A stretch of 64,000 nucleotides of DNA. Source: Cyanophora paradoxa CCMP329 (taxonomy: Eukaryota > Plantae > Glaucophyta). The notes below the pieces were generated by a model. It was given only the letters and a program-made list of their open reading frames with translations. It did not search any database and was not told where the DNA came from. Location of the stretch: contig QPMI01000104.1 in the NCBI GenBank assembly GCA_004431415.1, positions 62,001 to 126,000 of the forward strand, read 5' to 3'. A program made the translations under genes and the position numbers. This document shows, one piece after another, positions 33,842 to 42,852 of the stretch. Numbering within the stretch: position 1 is the stretch's first letter; every line of letters starts with the position of its first letter.

Positions 33842-35290
33842 ATGGATCCCACGACCTCGCTTAGCCGCCTCACGCTCAAATCCGTCCTCGAAACCCCGGA
33901 GGATTACAAGAGCATGCTTTTGGATCGCGGATTTATTGTGGGTGTGGACAAACAATTCAAGCCTTCTCGTGTGGAGGTGCTTCCAATTGCGGATCCCGGC
34001 AATCTGTTCTCCTCTACTGGTGCTACCACTCGTGTGGTCTTCTACCTCCCTCGCTACAATTGGTGCAATGGTATTAGCCTCCAAGTTACCATCCCTACGG
34101 CAAAGGCGCTGACTGCCATCGCCAAGACCTCTGCTGACTGCTCGGCTGATCTATTCAATACTGGATTCGTCCGCGGGCTTCCTGGCTCGTTTGTTCAGCG
34201 AGTCAGCATTAAATACGGGTCGTATGAGCAAATTATTCCGGCTGAGCGACTGGTAGATTACGCTTTCCTGGCTAACACTCCGGCTGAATTCGACCAAAAG
34301 AAGCGCAAGCATGGGCTGCATCTCGGACCGAAGGTAGAGGGCGGCAACCAAGCTGGCGGCATTTTTACCATGCGAATTCCGAGTTTCCTCGATGCTGGCG
34401 TGCCCATCGGTGCGCTCCCATCCGAAATCGCGGTCGAAGTATATTTCCAAACCCCTGCGCTTCTCGAAACTGCGGCGGTTCCTGGCGTTTACGCTCAGAA
34501 TAACGCCGCTGCAATTACTGCGACCAATTCTACTGATGGCGAGACAACGCTTGCTCAAGCGGCTGCTTTCGGAAATATTAAGACCTTAGCTCACTCGGGT
34601 GCCACTGCGATTTTCGATAGTGCGGCTCTCACACCTACACCTGCTCTTGCGAATCTGGAAATGACGACCCCTCGTCTTATTATGGATGCTGTTAACATCG
34701 ATGAGGAAACGATGGGCGAAATCATTACTCGTGTTAAGACCTCTGGCATCGCCATCCCATACACTGATATTCAGTTTGCGGATTATACCGGTCAAGCTCT
34801 CGGCTCCGGTCTCCGCCTGTCACTATCTCAAATTTCTGGACTTGTTTACGCACTTGTTGTCAAGATTCGCGACGAAAATGCACTCGGCAACAATTTCGGA
34901 GGGCACTCTACTGTCCGCACCCTTGCCTTCGATGATAATGTCGTGATGCAAGTTCTAAATAACAACAATTACCTATATTCCAACACTGGTGTCCCGCTGC
35001 AATCCGCGGCTATGGAGCTCGCCGATAAATTCAAGATGACTAACTGGATCGATAGCAACAAGCGCCCCATTTACACTGGCTTCTGCTTTGCCCTCGATGG
35101 TAAAGCGGCGCTCAAAGGTGAGAAGGCGACTGGCTATGTCGATCTAACACAATCAGCTTCAAGTTTCCTGCTCCTCACACCCAATGGCACACCCCTCGCC
35201 ACCTGGACAAAGGTCGGTGTTCAGATCTCGGCTTACTGCCACAATATTCTTGTAATGAATGCCAATGGATTGTCTAGAGTGACGGCATGA
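33842..35290 (+). CDS. putative double jelly-roll major capsid protein
   Basis: 482 aa; shares LPRYN, LSQISGLVYAL and GYVDLT blocks with 19199-20566; capsid-module context. Confidence 0.75.
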   Translation: MDPTTSLSRLTLKSVLETPEDYKSMLLDRGFIVGVDKQFKPSRVEVLPIADPGNLFSSTGATTRVVFYLPRYNWCNGISLQVTIPTAKALTAIAKTSADCSADLFNTGFVRGLPGSFVQRVSIKYGSYEQIIPAERLVDYAFLANTPAEFDQKKRKHGLHLGPKVEGGNQAGGIFTMRIPSFLDAGVPIGALPSEIAVEVYFQTPALLETAAVPGVYAQNNAAAITATNSTDGETTLAQAAAFGNIKTLAHSGATAIFDSAALTPTPALANLEMTTPRLIMDAVNIDEETMGEIITRVKTSGIAIPYTDIQFADYTGQALGSGLRLSLSQISGLVYALVVKIRDENALGNNFGGHSTVRTLAFDDNVVMQVLNNNNYLYSNTGVPLQSAAMELADKFKMTNWIDSNKRPIYTGFCFALDGKAALKGEKATGYVDLTQSASSFLLLTPNGTPLATWTKVGVQISAYCHNILVMNANGLSRVTA

Positions 35291-35364
35291 GGACTGTCGC
35301 GGGCAAAATTTGATGTCATTTTTAATCCTTTGTCTATTTAAGGACAAGACGATTATAAGATTTA

Positions 35365-36087
35365 ATGGCGTATCTCGAACAAATGGAAGGGATCAGGCGA
35401 ATCGCTTTGTGTGGAAAGCATGGCGAGGGCAAGTATGCGCTTATAGATGAAGCCGATTATGATCATGTCATGAAAATAAGCAAGTGGTATTACCATAACC
35501 AACGGGGATATGCATGGGGTTACATTGCTGGTGTAAAGAAAAACATCGACATGCACAAATGGATTTTCGGACATCAACAAGGGCACTTTGTTGATCATAT
35601 CAGTAGAGACAAACTCGATAATCGTCGCTGTAATCTTAGATTCTTAACACCGCAAGACAGCGTATTTAATACGGGTATGAGAAAACGAAACAAAACTGGT
35701 TTCAAAGGTGTTTTCCAAGAGAAAAGAACCGGTCGGTTCAGGGCAAATATTCAAAAAAGTGGTGTCCCATACAATTTGGGAACGTTTGATACAAAAGAAG
35801 AAGCTGCTGCCGCTTACAACCAAAAAGCAAAAGAGCTATTTGGAGATCTTGCTGTTTTGAATGAGGTAAACCCTGAAATTAAACCAAAACCTCCTCTTTA
35901 CTCACTGAATACAAGTGGATTTCGTGGTGTGACTGAAACAGCGACTGGAAAATGGGAAGGATGCTTTTCATATAAGAAACAGCGGTGGCGAAAAGTGTGC
36001 AACACAAAGGAGGAGGCTGCACTTTTCTACAACTCAAAAGCCAAAGAAATTCTCGGTGATAAAGCGATCCTCAATGATGTTGAGTAA
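35365..36087 (+). CDS. HNH endonuclease with two AP2 DNA-binding domains
   Basis: VDHISRDKLDNRRCNLR; GFKGV...LGTFDTKEEAAAAYN and a second SGFRGV...KEEAALFYN. Confidence 0.9.
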   Translation: MAYLEQMEGIRRIALCGKHGEGKYALIDEADYDHVMKISKWYYHNQRGYAWGYIAGVKKNIDMHKWIFGHQQGHFVDHISRDKLDNRRCNLRFLTPQDSVFNTGMRKRNKTGFKGVFQEKRTGRFRANIQKSGVPYNLGTFDTKEEAAAAYNQKAKELFGDLAVLNEVNPEIKPKPPLYSLNTSGFRGVTETATGKWEGCFSYKKQRWRKVCNTKEEAALFYNSKAKEILGDKAILNDVE

Positions 36088-36144
36088 ATAGAGGGCTGTC
36101 GCGTTTCGTAATTTTTATTTTGTTTCTTATAAGGGAAAGCAAAT

Positions 36145-37068
36145 ATGACTGGAAACGTGAGTATAGAAGATCTTGCGGAATTCGACCCGGCAAGTCTTTC
36201 ATTCCCTTGCCGTTTACTTGCTGTCGGAAAAACGGGAGTAGGTAAGTCAGTATTCTTAAAATACCTGCTTTACCACAACGAGGACAAGATAGATTCGGTG
36301 ATGATATTCGCTTCCACGATCTGGAACCATCAATATGACAATGTCACATCGTATTTGTATGAGGATTTCGATCATAAGCTGATCGACAATATAATACAGA
36401 AACGCAAGGAGCGAATCAAGAAAAAGGAGAAAGTCGGTAACCTGTTAATCATACTCGATGATTTCATTGACAATCCAAGTCTTTCGATGTCAGGAAGAGG
36501 TGAACCTATATTAAATCAGCTATTCACGTCGGGGCGCCATTTATTCATATCTGTGTGGATTCTGTCACAAAAACTCACTAAGATTTCGCCGACACTTAGG
36601 GTTAACTCCGAATATATCTTTCTATTCTCGCTGCCCAACAGAAAAGAGATGGAGAGTGCTGAGGACGAGTTTAATCCATACGAAAAGCATTGGTTTGAGA
36701 AGGTGATGAACGAATACAGTCACAGCTATCAGGTTATCTGCATTGACAACTCGAAATATAGCCTGGAATTCTCTGTGGGCAAGGCTGATCCGGTGCCTGA
36801 CGAATATAAATTCAAGCGGTTCTTTAAAAAAGCGGTGGAAGAGATAAAGCCCGCTGGTAAACAGCCGGTAAAACAGAGCTCCACAGAGGTAAATGGCGAC
36901 CAACCCCAAACCACCGATATAACGAAACCTGTGAGTGGAAACGTCGCCACCTTAAAGCGATCCACCAAAAGAATAATCGAAGCCGACCTACTTAAAGACC
37001 CCAATCTATTGCTGGCATACCAAGAAAAGCGCCGCCCAAAATTTGCAAAGAAATTGGGTAAATTTTGA
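36145..37068 (+). CDS. A32-like genome packaging ATPase
   Basis: GKTGVGKS, IILDD, SGRH and SQK motifs. Confidence 0.9.
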   Translation: MTGNVSIEDLAEFDPASLSFPCRLLAVGKTGVGKSVFLKYLLYHNEDKIDSVMIFASTIWNHQYDNVTSYLYEDFDHKLIDNIIQKRKERIKKKEKVGNLLIILDDFIDNPSLSMSGRGEPILNQLFTSGRHLFISVWILSQKLTKISPTLRVNSEYIFLFSLPNRKEMESAEDEFNPYEKHWFEKVMNEYSHSYQVICIDNSKYSLEFSVGKADPVPDEYKFKRFFKKAVEEIKPAGKQPVKQSSTEVNGDQPQTTDITKPVSGNVATLKRSTKRIIEADLLKDPNLLLAYQEKRRPKFAKKLGKF

Positions 37069-37091
37069 ATAAATTTCTCGCATAATGATAA

Positions 37092-37762
37092 ATGCCACCA
37101 AGAACTCGCGGAAAGCTATCCAAATGGAAGATCAAAGCGCTGTTGTCGCTGGCAAGATTAATCCTGCGGAGGATGCCGGTCGCACTGGCGGTGCTGCCGC
37201 TTCTGACCAAATAGATTTCGATCTGATTGACCCGAATACAAAGGTTTCAGAGCGTGCTCAAAAGGTGGATGCTAAGCGGGAGCCGGTCGATTCCACTGAT
37301 AGAAAGCTGGCGGATCAATCCCTCGCCGAATCACAGCTCACAGGCGAAAAGCTAACCGATAATAAGGTGGTAAAAGCCGAAGCAACAGCCGCTTTACCTG
37401 CATCGATGGAAGCCCCTAAAAAGCGGGCATCTGTCTATGTGACCAAGGGCGAGAAAGTCGGTCAGGAATTAGAGGAGAAGTTTAGGGCGCTCGAAGCGCG
37501 ACTGGCTACATACGACACTACTGTGCGAGCCTTTGATGATTTCACTAAGGAATACAAACAGCGCAAGCTGATTAAACAAGCTGTTCGCGTGGAAATGGAA
37601 AAGAAGCGGGCAACTGTTCCCGATGTTCAGACAGTCGAAAGAAAAGAGACAGTCATAGCTGAAAATGCACCAAAGCCGGGCGGTTTCGTTAACCCATCGG
37701 GTGTGCATGCACAGCCGGGTGCCAATCTGTCATCTATGTTCGGTGGGCGTCGTCGCTTCTAA
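37092..37762 (+). CDS. charged coiled-coil protein
   Basis: Probable start MPPRTRG at 37092 with a +1 C repair near 37120; positional homologue of 21442-22140. Confidence 0.55.
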
Positions 37763-37962
37763 TGTGTAGGTCGTTCAAACATAAATGAATCCGCCCGTAT
37801 TTAGAGCGGGTCTTAATATGAATTCCCTTGCAATAGGGACAGGTCGGCTCCACAAACACCATTATAAGGTCGACTAATTCGTATGGGAACACACGAGCAA
37901 GTAACACCCTCATTCCCTTTTCTTTTCTCCAATATTTAATACGTTGTGCAATATTAGGGTCG

Positions 37963-38310
37963 ATGAATTTCATCACACAATGCATTGAGATGTTTCACCT
38001 ACATTTTATATCTCACTGTAAGTCCGGATGCTGCGACACAACCGTAGAGGTTGACATTTCGGACGAGGACAATGGAGGTAGGCGATTATCTGTATATTCG
38101 AACCACAGCGAAAATCACGAACTCCCACGATCTCGAACGCCCTCGCCTGTGCCCGCTGACTCCAATATAATCCCACAGGTAGCAATAGAAGACGTGCAAG
38201 TATCCTATATAAGACGCCGGTCGTGCCCTAATTTCGTAGAAGGTCATATTCGCGTTGATTCGCCATATCCGCCAATTAATCCGCTTTATTTGGGCGAATA
38301 CGATCGCTGA
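37963..38310 (+). CDS. small CxSGCC-motif protein
   Basis: IEMFHLHFISHCKSGCCDTT. Confidence 0.75.
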   Translation: MNFITQCIEMFHLHFISHCKSGCCDTTVEVDISDEDNGGRRLSVYSNHSENHELPRSRTPSPVPADSNIIPQVAIEDVQVSYIRRRSCPNFVEGHIRVDSPYPPINPLYLGEYDR

Positions 38311-38337
38311 AACAATTTTCGCGGTAAATAGTATCGA

Positions 38338-38478
38338 ATGCCCGACCCTGATCTCTACGCGATCCTATACAGGAACCGCGCGCAATATGCACTGGAAGCC
38401 GCTATTAAAAAACGTAGAGAAGAACTCGCTTCGATCACAAAAAATGACAGCTCAGAAAATGATTTAAAGAAGAAATAG
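38338..38478 (+). CDS. 46-aa microprotein
   Basis: MPDPDLYAILYRNRAQYALEAAIKKRREELASITKNDSSENDLKKK; homologue of 22680-22802. Confidence 0.65.
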   Translation: MPDPDLYAILYRNRAQYALEAAIKKRREELASITKNDSSENDLKKK

Positions 38479-38492
38479 AAAATACGACTGAT

Positions 38493-38517
38493 AAAATATT
38501 TTCTCCGCTTATAGTAA
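38493..38517 (+). promoter_or_regulatory. conserved upstream motif AAAATATTTTCTCNGCTTANAGTAA
   Basis: Near-identical copies at 38934-38958 and 46488-46512, each ~10 nt before an ATG; variant at 42829-42851. Confidence 0.65.
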
Positions 38518-38528
38518 GGAACGCGAAA

Positions 38529-38822
38529 ATGACCGCCATCGCTGCTGTAAATATTGAGGCAAAGCTTGTCACTGAGGACATGAAGAAAGGCGACGGACTT
38601 AATTATCGGATCCGTGAAATCATCAAAATGCGGAATCGGTATAACGAGGATCCCGAATATCGCGAATTCAAGAAGAAGATGGCTTTGGAATCGTATTATC
38701 GTCGCAAAGCCGAGGAGGGAAGCCATATGGGAAAGCGGGGGCGCCCCGTAAGTATTAGAAAACGCAAACTCTCGATTGCCGCTGAGCGCATTCCTTATTT
38801 TTCGTGCGGCTTTCCGATGTAA
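38529..38822 (+). CDS. small basic putative DNA-binding protein with AT-hook-like motif
   Basis: RYNEDPEYREFKKKMALESYYRRKA and KRGRP. Confidence 0.7.
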   Translation: MTAIAAVNIEAKLVTEDMKKGDGLNYRIREIIKMRNRYNEDPEYREFKKKMALESYYRRKAEEGSHMGKRGRPVSIRKRKLSIAAERIPYFSCGFPM

Positions 38823-38968
38823 ATCGGGAAGCTCCTTACCATACTATCGATTGCCCCGATGCTAATCGATTTTATCATCGGGAAAAAACTGTAAAGGGAT
38901 TTAAGGATAATGCGCAAAAAATGAACAACCTGAAAAATATTTTCTCCGCTTAGAGTAAAACAGAGAAG

Positions 38969-41590
38969 ATGGACGCTATCACGAAATTCGCATTCTCTAA
39001 TGTCAAGGGCACCTTTCTGAAATGTCTGACTGGTTCTCGCAATACGTCTAATTTGGTTGAGTTAACCGATGATGAAATTATTGAGCGCATCAATAACTCA
39101 AAGAAACGGGACAATATGACCTATCCTACATGGGCGGAATGCATACAACCTGATCAAGTGACTCGTGTTTATCTGGATCTGGACAAGTTCGTTGATCTGA
39201 AACCTGATGTAGCCGACAACTATAAGGAAGCCGAAGAGATCATCAGGGAAATGCGCAAGAAATTGCAAACCCTGTCGGGATCTACAATTGCGGTTGCTGT
39301 TCGCCATCGCCGGGTTCATTTAATCAAAGAGAATGTCACTAAGTTCAAGATTTCCGGGCATTTCGTATTTACCGATCTGGCCTGCCGCCACGAAGACATT
39401 CCAAAGCTTTTTAAAGCGATGGGTCTCATCAAAAATGTCGAATTCGATAGTGGCGTTTATGGAACAACTCAAAACCTGATCTGCCTCCGTTGCTGCAAAG
39501 GCGAAGCTTTGGACGCTCAAAGCAAATCAAAGCACGATGTCGATAAGAATGTGGTGTTCACTAAGTTTATTGATTGCGAGAAAGAAGGCATGCACGATGG
39601 TTTTTTCCTGGTGCAATGTTTCGATCGCCCCACTAAGTGGGTGGAAGTAGACACCATGTCAGCCTTTGCGGTCGATAAACCAAAGGAAGCTACAAAGCCT
39701 GAGGAACCTAAGCAAACGGTGGCGCCCAAGTCTGTTAAGGACAAGCCCTGTAAAGAACCTGTGAAGAAGAAGGAGGAGGTGTTGGAGGATCTCAAATATA
39801 ATAAGGTTTCGTTTGAACTGTTGCAAGAAGTCATTATGAGCCTCAGTGGCGAGCGAGCTAATGAATATAAGACATGGATCGACGTAGGTATTGCTATAAT
39901 CAATACTTGCGAAGACAACAATATCCCTCGCAAGCAACAAGTAGAGCTATTTCATAAGTTCTCGGAGAAAAGCGAAAAATATGAATATGATGACTGTCAT
40001 GAGAAGTTCATGAGCCTTTGCAAAGGCAAGAAAATGGTGGAAGGGAAGCGAGTCACATTCGGTTCGATTGTTTACTGGCTGAAAAAGGATAACAGCGACA
40101 GTTATAATAAGCTATTCCCCAAGAAATATTCGTTTCAGCCTGAGGATTCCGACGATATTGACTACAAGACTGCCCCCATTCCACCTATGGTCGATAGCTT
40201 TGAAGTCCATCTGCGATATTTAAATGCGAGGCTGCATCACATCGAGAGCATCGGCACTGTCATGTATTGGGATGAACAGCTATTATCCTGGCGACCGAAA
40301 GATATTACGAAATTGGCGACCAAGCATTTTCCCCATCTGTTTCACAAGGTGATTCTCAATGAGGGGACTGAGAACCAAACCGAAAAGTGGGTAAAAACGT
40401 TGCCTGAATGGATTACTGACCCAAGGGCGACACGATCCACTTATATGGATTTCCTGCCGCCTCCTGCAAAGCTGAGCGCGAAATGCAAGTCTGTGTTTAA
40501 TCTCTACCCTGGATTCAAGATTGATCATGAAGAATTCGAGGAGCCGCCCCCCGAGGATGTGACAGAAGAGATGATTCAGCCTTTTCTGACACATCTATAT
40601 TTAATGTCAGGCGAAGATGATAAGACATTCGATTATCTTAAAAAGTGGTTTGCCCACATGATGCAAAAGCCGGGGGAACTAAATAACGTGTCCCTCATCT
40701 TCCTAGGTCGCCAAGGCGCTGGAAAGAATATGCTCATTGATACCTTTGAGAAGAAGATCCTCGGTGATGCATTGGCATACTCGACAGCCAAGCCAAAGGA
40801 TGATCTATTCGGGCGATTTGCTCACAACCGGGAGGATAAGATTATGATTGTGGTAAATGAAGCGTCTGGAAAGGATACCTTTGAACATAGCGACCTTCTC
40901 AAAGATATTGTCACAGCCCCGAAGATTGTAATCGAGCACAAGGGAATCGATTCTTATGATAAGAAGAATTTCGCGCGGATCGTTTTCACAAGCAACAATA
41001 CTGTCCCTGTGAAAATCGAGGCTGATGATCGTCGCTTTGTCGTTATTGAGGTGAGTGACAAACAGCGCTGTAATAAGGATTATTTCGCTCCGCTTGTTGA
41101 GTGGCTGAATGATATGAGAAATATTCGAAATATCGTTCAGTATCTCAGGACGAAAGTAAATTGCGAGAAAGTCAATTGGAGTCAAGACAGACCGCTTACA
41201 AACCGATACTACTTAGTTCAGCAAGCGGCTGCACCTATTATCCTGATGTTTGCGAAGTGGCTTGTCGATAGTGAGCGGGTTACAGAGCTGAAAACGAAGT
41301 TGGGCGGTCTTGCATCGACATGGGAATTGTTCAAAGACTTCATCTCTGAAAACAAATATAAAAACGATTATAATAGCAAGCGGTTCTATACTGAGATGCG
41401 CACGACTACATATATTCAAGTGAAAACGACCAATGGAAAATCTAACTATCATTTCCTGTGGAATGAGATGATGTCTGAATTCCGAAAGTTGAAGCTTATC
41501 GATGATGATTCGATTAAAGAAGATGATTCTCCTCAGCCGCAACCAAAGAAAAGGGGCACCAAATTCGAGGATTCAGATGTGGAAGCCTGA
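38969..41590 (+). CDS. AEP (PrimPol-like) primase - PriCT-2 - SF3 (D5-like) helicase
   Basis: VYLDLD, ISGHF and FDSGVY AEP motifs; YKTWIDVGIAI; Walker A GRQGAGKN; VVNE; FTSNN; DRRF. Confidence 0.9.
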   Translation: MDAITKFAFSNVKGTFLKCLTGSRNTSNLVELTDDEIIERINNSKKRDNMTYPTWAECIQPDQVTRVYLDLDKFVDLKPDVADNYKEAEEIIREMRKKLQTLSGSTIAVAVRHRRVHLIKENVTKFKISGHFVFTDLACRHEDIPKLFKAMGLIKNVEFDSGVYGTTQNLICLRCCKGEALDAQSKSKHDVDKNVVFTKFIDCEKEGMHDGFFLVQCFDRPTKWVEVDTMSAFAVDKPKEATKPEEPKQTVAPKSVKDKPCKEPVKKKEEVLEDLKYNKVSFELLQEVIMSLSGERANEYKTWIDVGIAIINTCEDNNIPRKQQVELFHKFSEKSEKYEYDDCHEKFMSLCKGKKMVEGKRVTFGSIVYWLKKDNSDSYNKLFPKKYSFQPEDSDDIDYKTAPIPPMVDSFEVHLRYLNARLHHIESIGTVMYWDEQLLSWRPKDITKLATKHFPHLFHKVILNEGTENQTEKWVKTLPEWITDPRATRSTYMDFLPPPAKLSAKCKSVFNLYPGFKIDHEEFEEPPPEDVTEEMIQPFLTHLYLMSGEDDKTFDYLKKWFAHMMQKPGELNNVSLIFLGRQGAGKNMLIDTFEKKILGDALAYSTAKPKDDLFGRFAHNREDKIMIVVNEASGKDTFEHSDLLKDIVTAPKIVIEHKGIDSYDKKNFARIVFTSNNTVPVKIEADDRRFVVIEVSDKQRCNKDYFAPLVEWLNDMRNIRNIVQYLRTKVNCEKVNWSQDRPLTNRYYLVQQAAAPIILMFAKWLVDSERVTELKTKLGGLASTWELFKDFISENKYKNDYNSKRFYTEMRTTTYIQVKTTNGKSNYHFLWNEMMSEFRKLKLIDDDSIKEDDSPQPQPKKRGTKFEDSDVEA

Positions 41591-41806
41591 CCCCACCCTA
41601 CACCCCACCTGGTTTCATTCTAACATTGATATATCTTATTTTTATAACTTAAAACACATTGAATTTCAGTGTAAATCATGGTTGTTAATACAGGGTGGGG
41701 AGGGTGGGTTGGGTGGGGTCTTTTTGCCCAAAATGTTTGGGTGGGAGAATTTTTTATTGGAACTCAAAAAATGCCCCACCTCACCCCACCCTCCCCACCC
41801 TATCGA
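41591..41806. promoter_or_regulatory. internal copy of the TIR iteron cassette; putative replication origin
   Basis: GTGGGG array - AT-rich spacer - CCCCAC array, homologous to the TIR units and starting immediately after the helicase stop codon. Confidence 0.6.
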
Positions 41807-41845
41807 AAAACAAAAACGTCAGTAAGCTAACTTAGGCACTTGCCA

Positions 41846-42338
41846 TTAATGGTATTGTTGCAAGCTCCCAATACGACAAACTGGACAGGTAAAACGTTGT
41901 TTATAAGTCATTTTGGATATGCAAGATTCACACACAGAACTATTACACTGCGCACAAGCTAAATCTTCCGTTTCTATAACCTCTAAACAAATCACACACT
42001 TAACTTCCCATCTTGTTTTTTAGAATAGCCGGATATAACATTTTGTATTACCTCAATGCATTTCTCTTTCGTAATGTCAAGTGGTATTAACATTTTATAT
42101 CCTTTGTAAACCAATGCGCATATGTGCTGCCTATGCGGATGGTAAAACTGGGAAGCCATATTAAGATGTAAAACATGTCCTGATGTTTACGCGTTTGTGA
42201 TATAACAAAGATTACCTTCTTACGCGCATTCTTCTTTTCCCATTTGAGATAGTTCTTGTCTGTGCATTCTTTTGTTGCTTCTGTTACGGGAATATTTGTA
42301 AGTGTCTTACAATATTCTATTATCTCTTGGGTATTCAT
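41846..42338 (-). CDS. RING-finger protein (putative E3 ligase), hidden by frameshifts
   Basis: CVICLE...CAQCNSSVCESC...CPVCR at 41846-42010; joins the 42087-42338 ORF via two +1 G/C repairs. Confidence 0.65.
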
Positions 42339-42492
42339 TGTGTTTCTCTATATCTGATACACATAAAATGTTTTCCTATGTGTCATTTTTTGAGTTCTCT
42401 TTAAATGATTTCCGACATTCGGCATCGGATGAATCACTCCCGATGCAAAAATTGATGTGATTTTAAAAGAGCCTCTAAAAATAGTTACAACA

Positions 42493-42810
42493 ATGGGTAA
42501 GAAAAGCAAAAGCAAACGTCAGCGTAGCACGATAGTTGGCGCAACAAGTGGGCGCCCGGTTGTATCTATGATAGATGCAAATATTGGCGAGTTGAAATTA
42601 ACACCATTCCAACAAGCCATAGCCCAATCAATGTATAAACGAACAGGAACGGGCAACTGTTGTATGATCTGTGGAGATACGGAAAAACTCATACCAATAT
42701 CACAAGGTTTTCATTGTGAATTCTGCTATAATTTTCAGAGAAGGGGAGCATCCTCATTTGATGTCGACATTTCGAATCCGGTAAGTTGGATTCAGTTTAT
42801 GCGAATGTAA
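42493..42810 (+). CDS. small zinc-finger protein
   Basis: CMICGD...HCEFC, basic N-terminus; AAAATTGA lies upstream. Confidence 0.55.
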   Translation: MGKKSKSKRQRSTIVGATSGRPVVSMIDANIGELKLTPFQQAIAQSMYKRTGTGNCCMICGDTEKLIPISQGFHCEFCYNFQRRGASSFDVDISNPVSWIQFMRM

Positions 42811-42852
42811 CGCGTCCTTTCCCGAAATAAAAATGTTCCCTTAGAGTAAAAG

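Noticed and set aside
37730-37762. Adenain-like cleavage site MFGG|R
   Set aside because: A single short motif, not conserved in the element 1 homologue, and no protease gene was recognised
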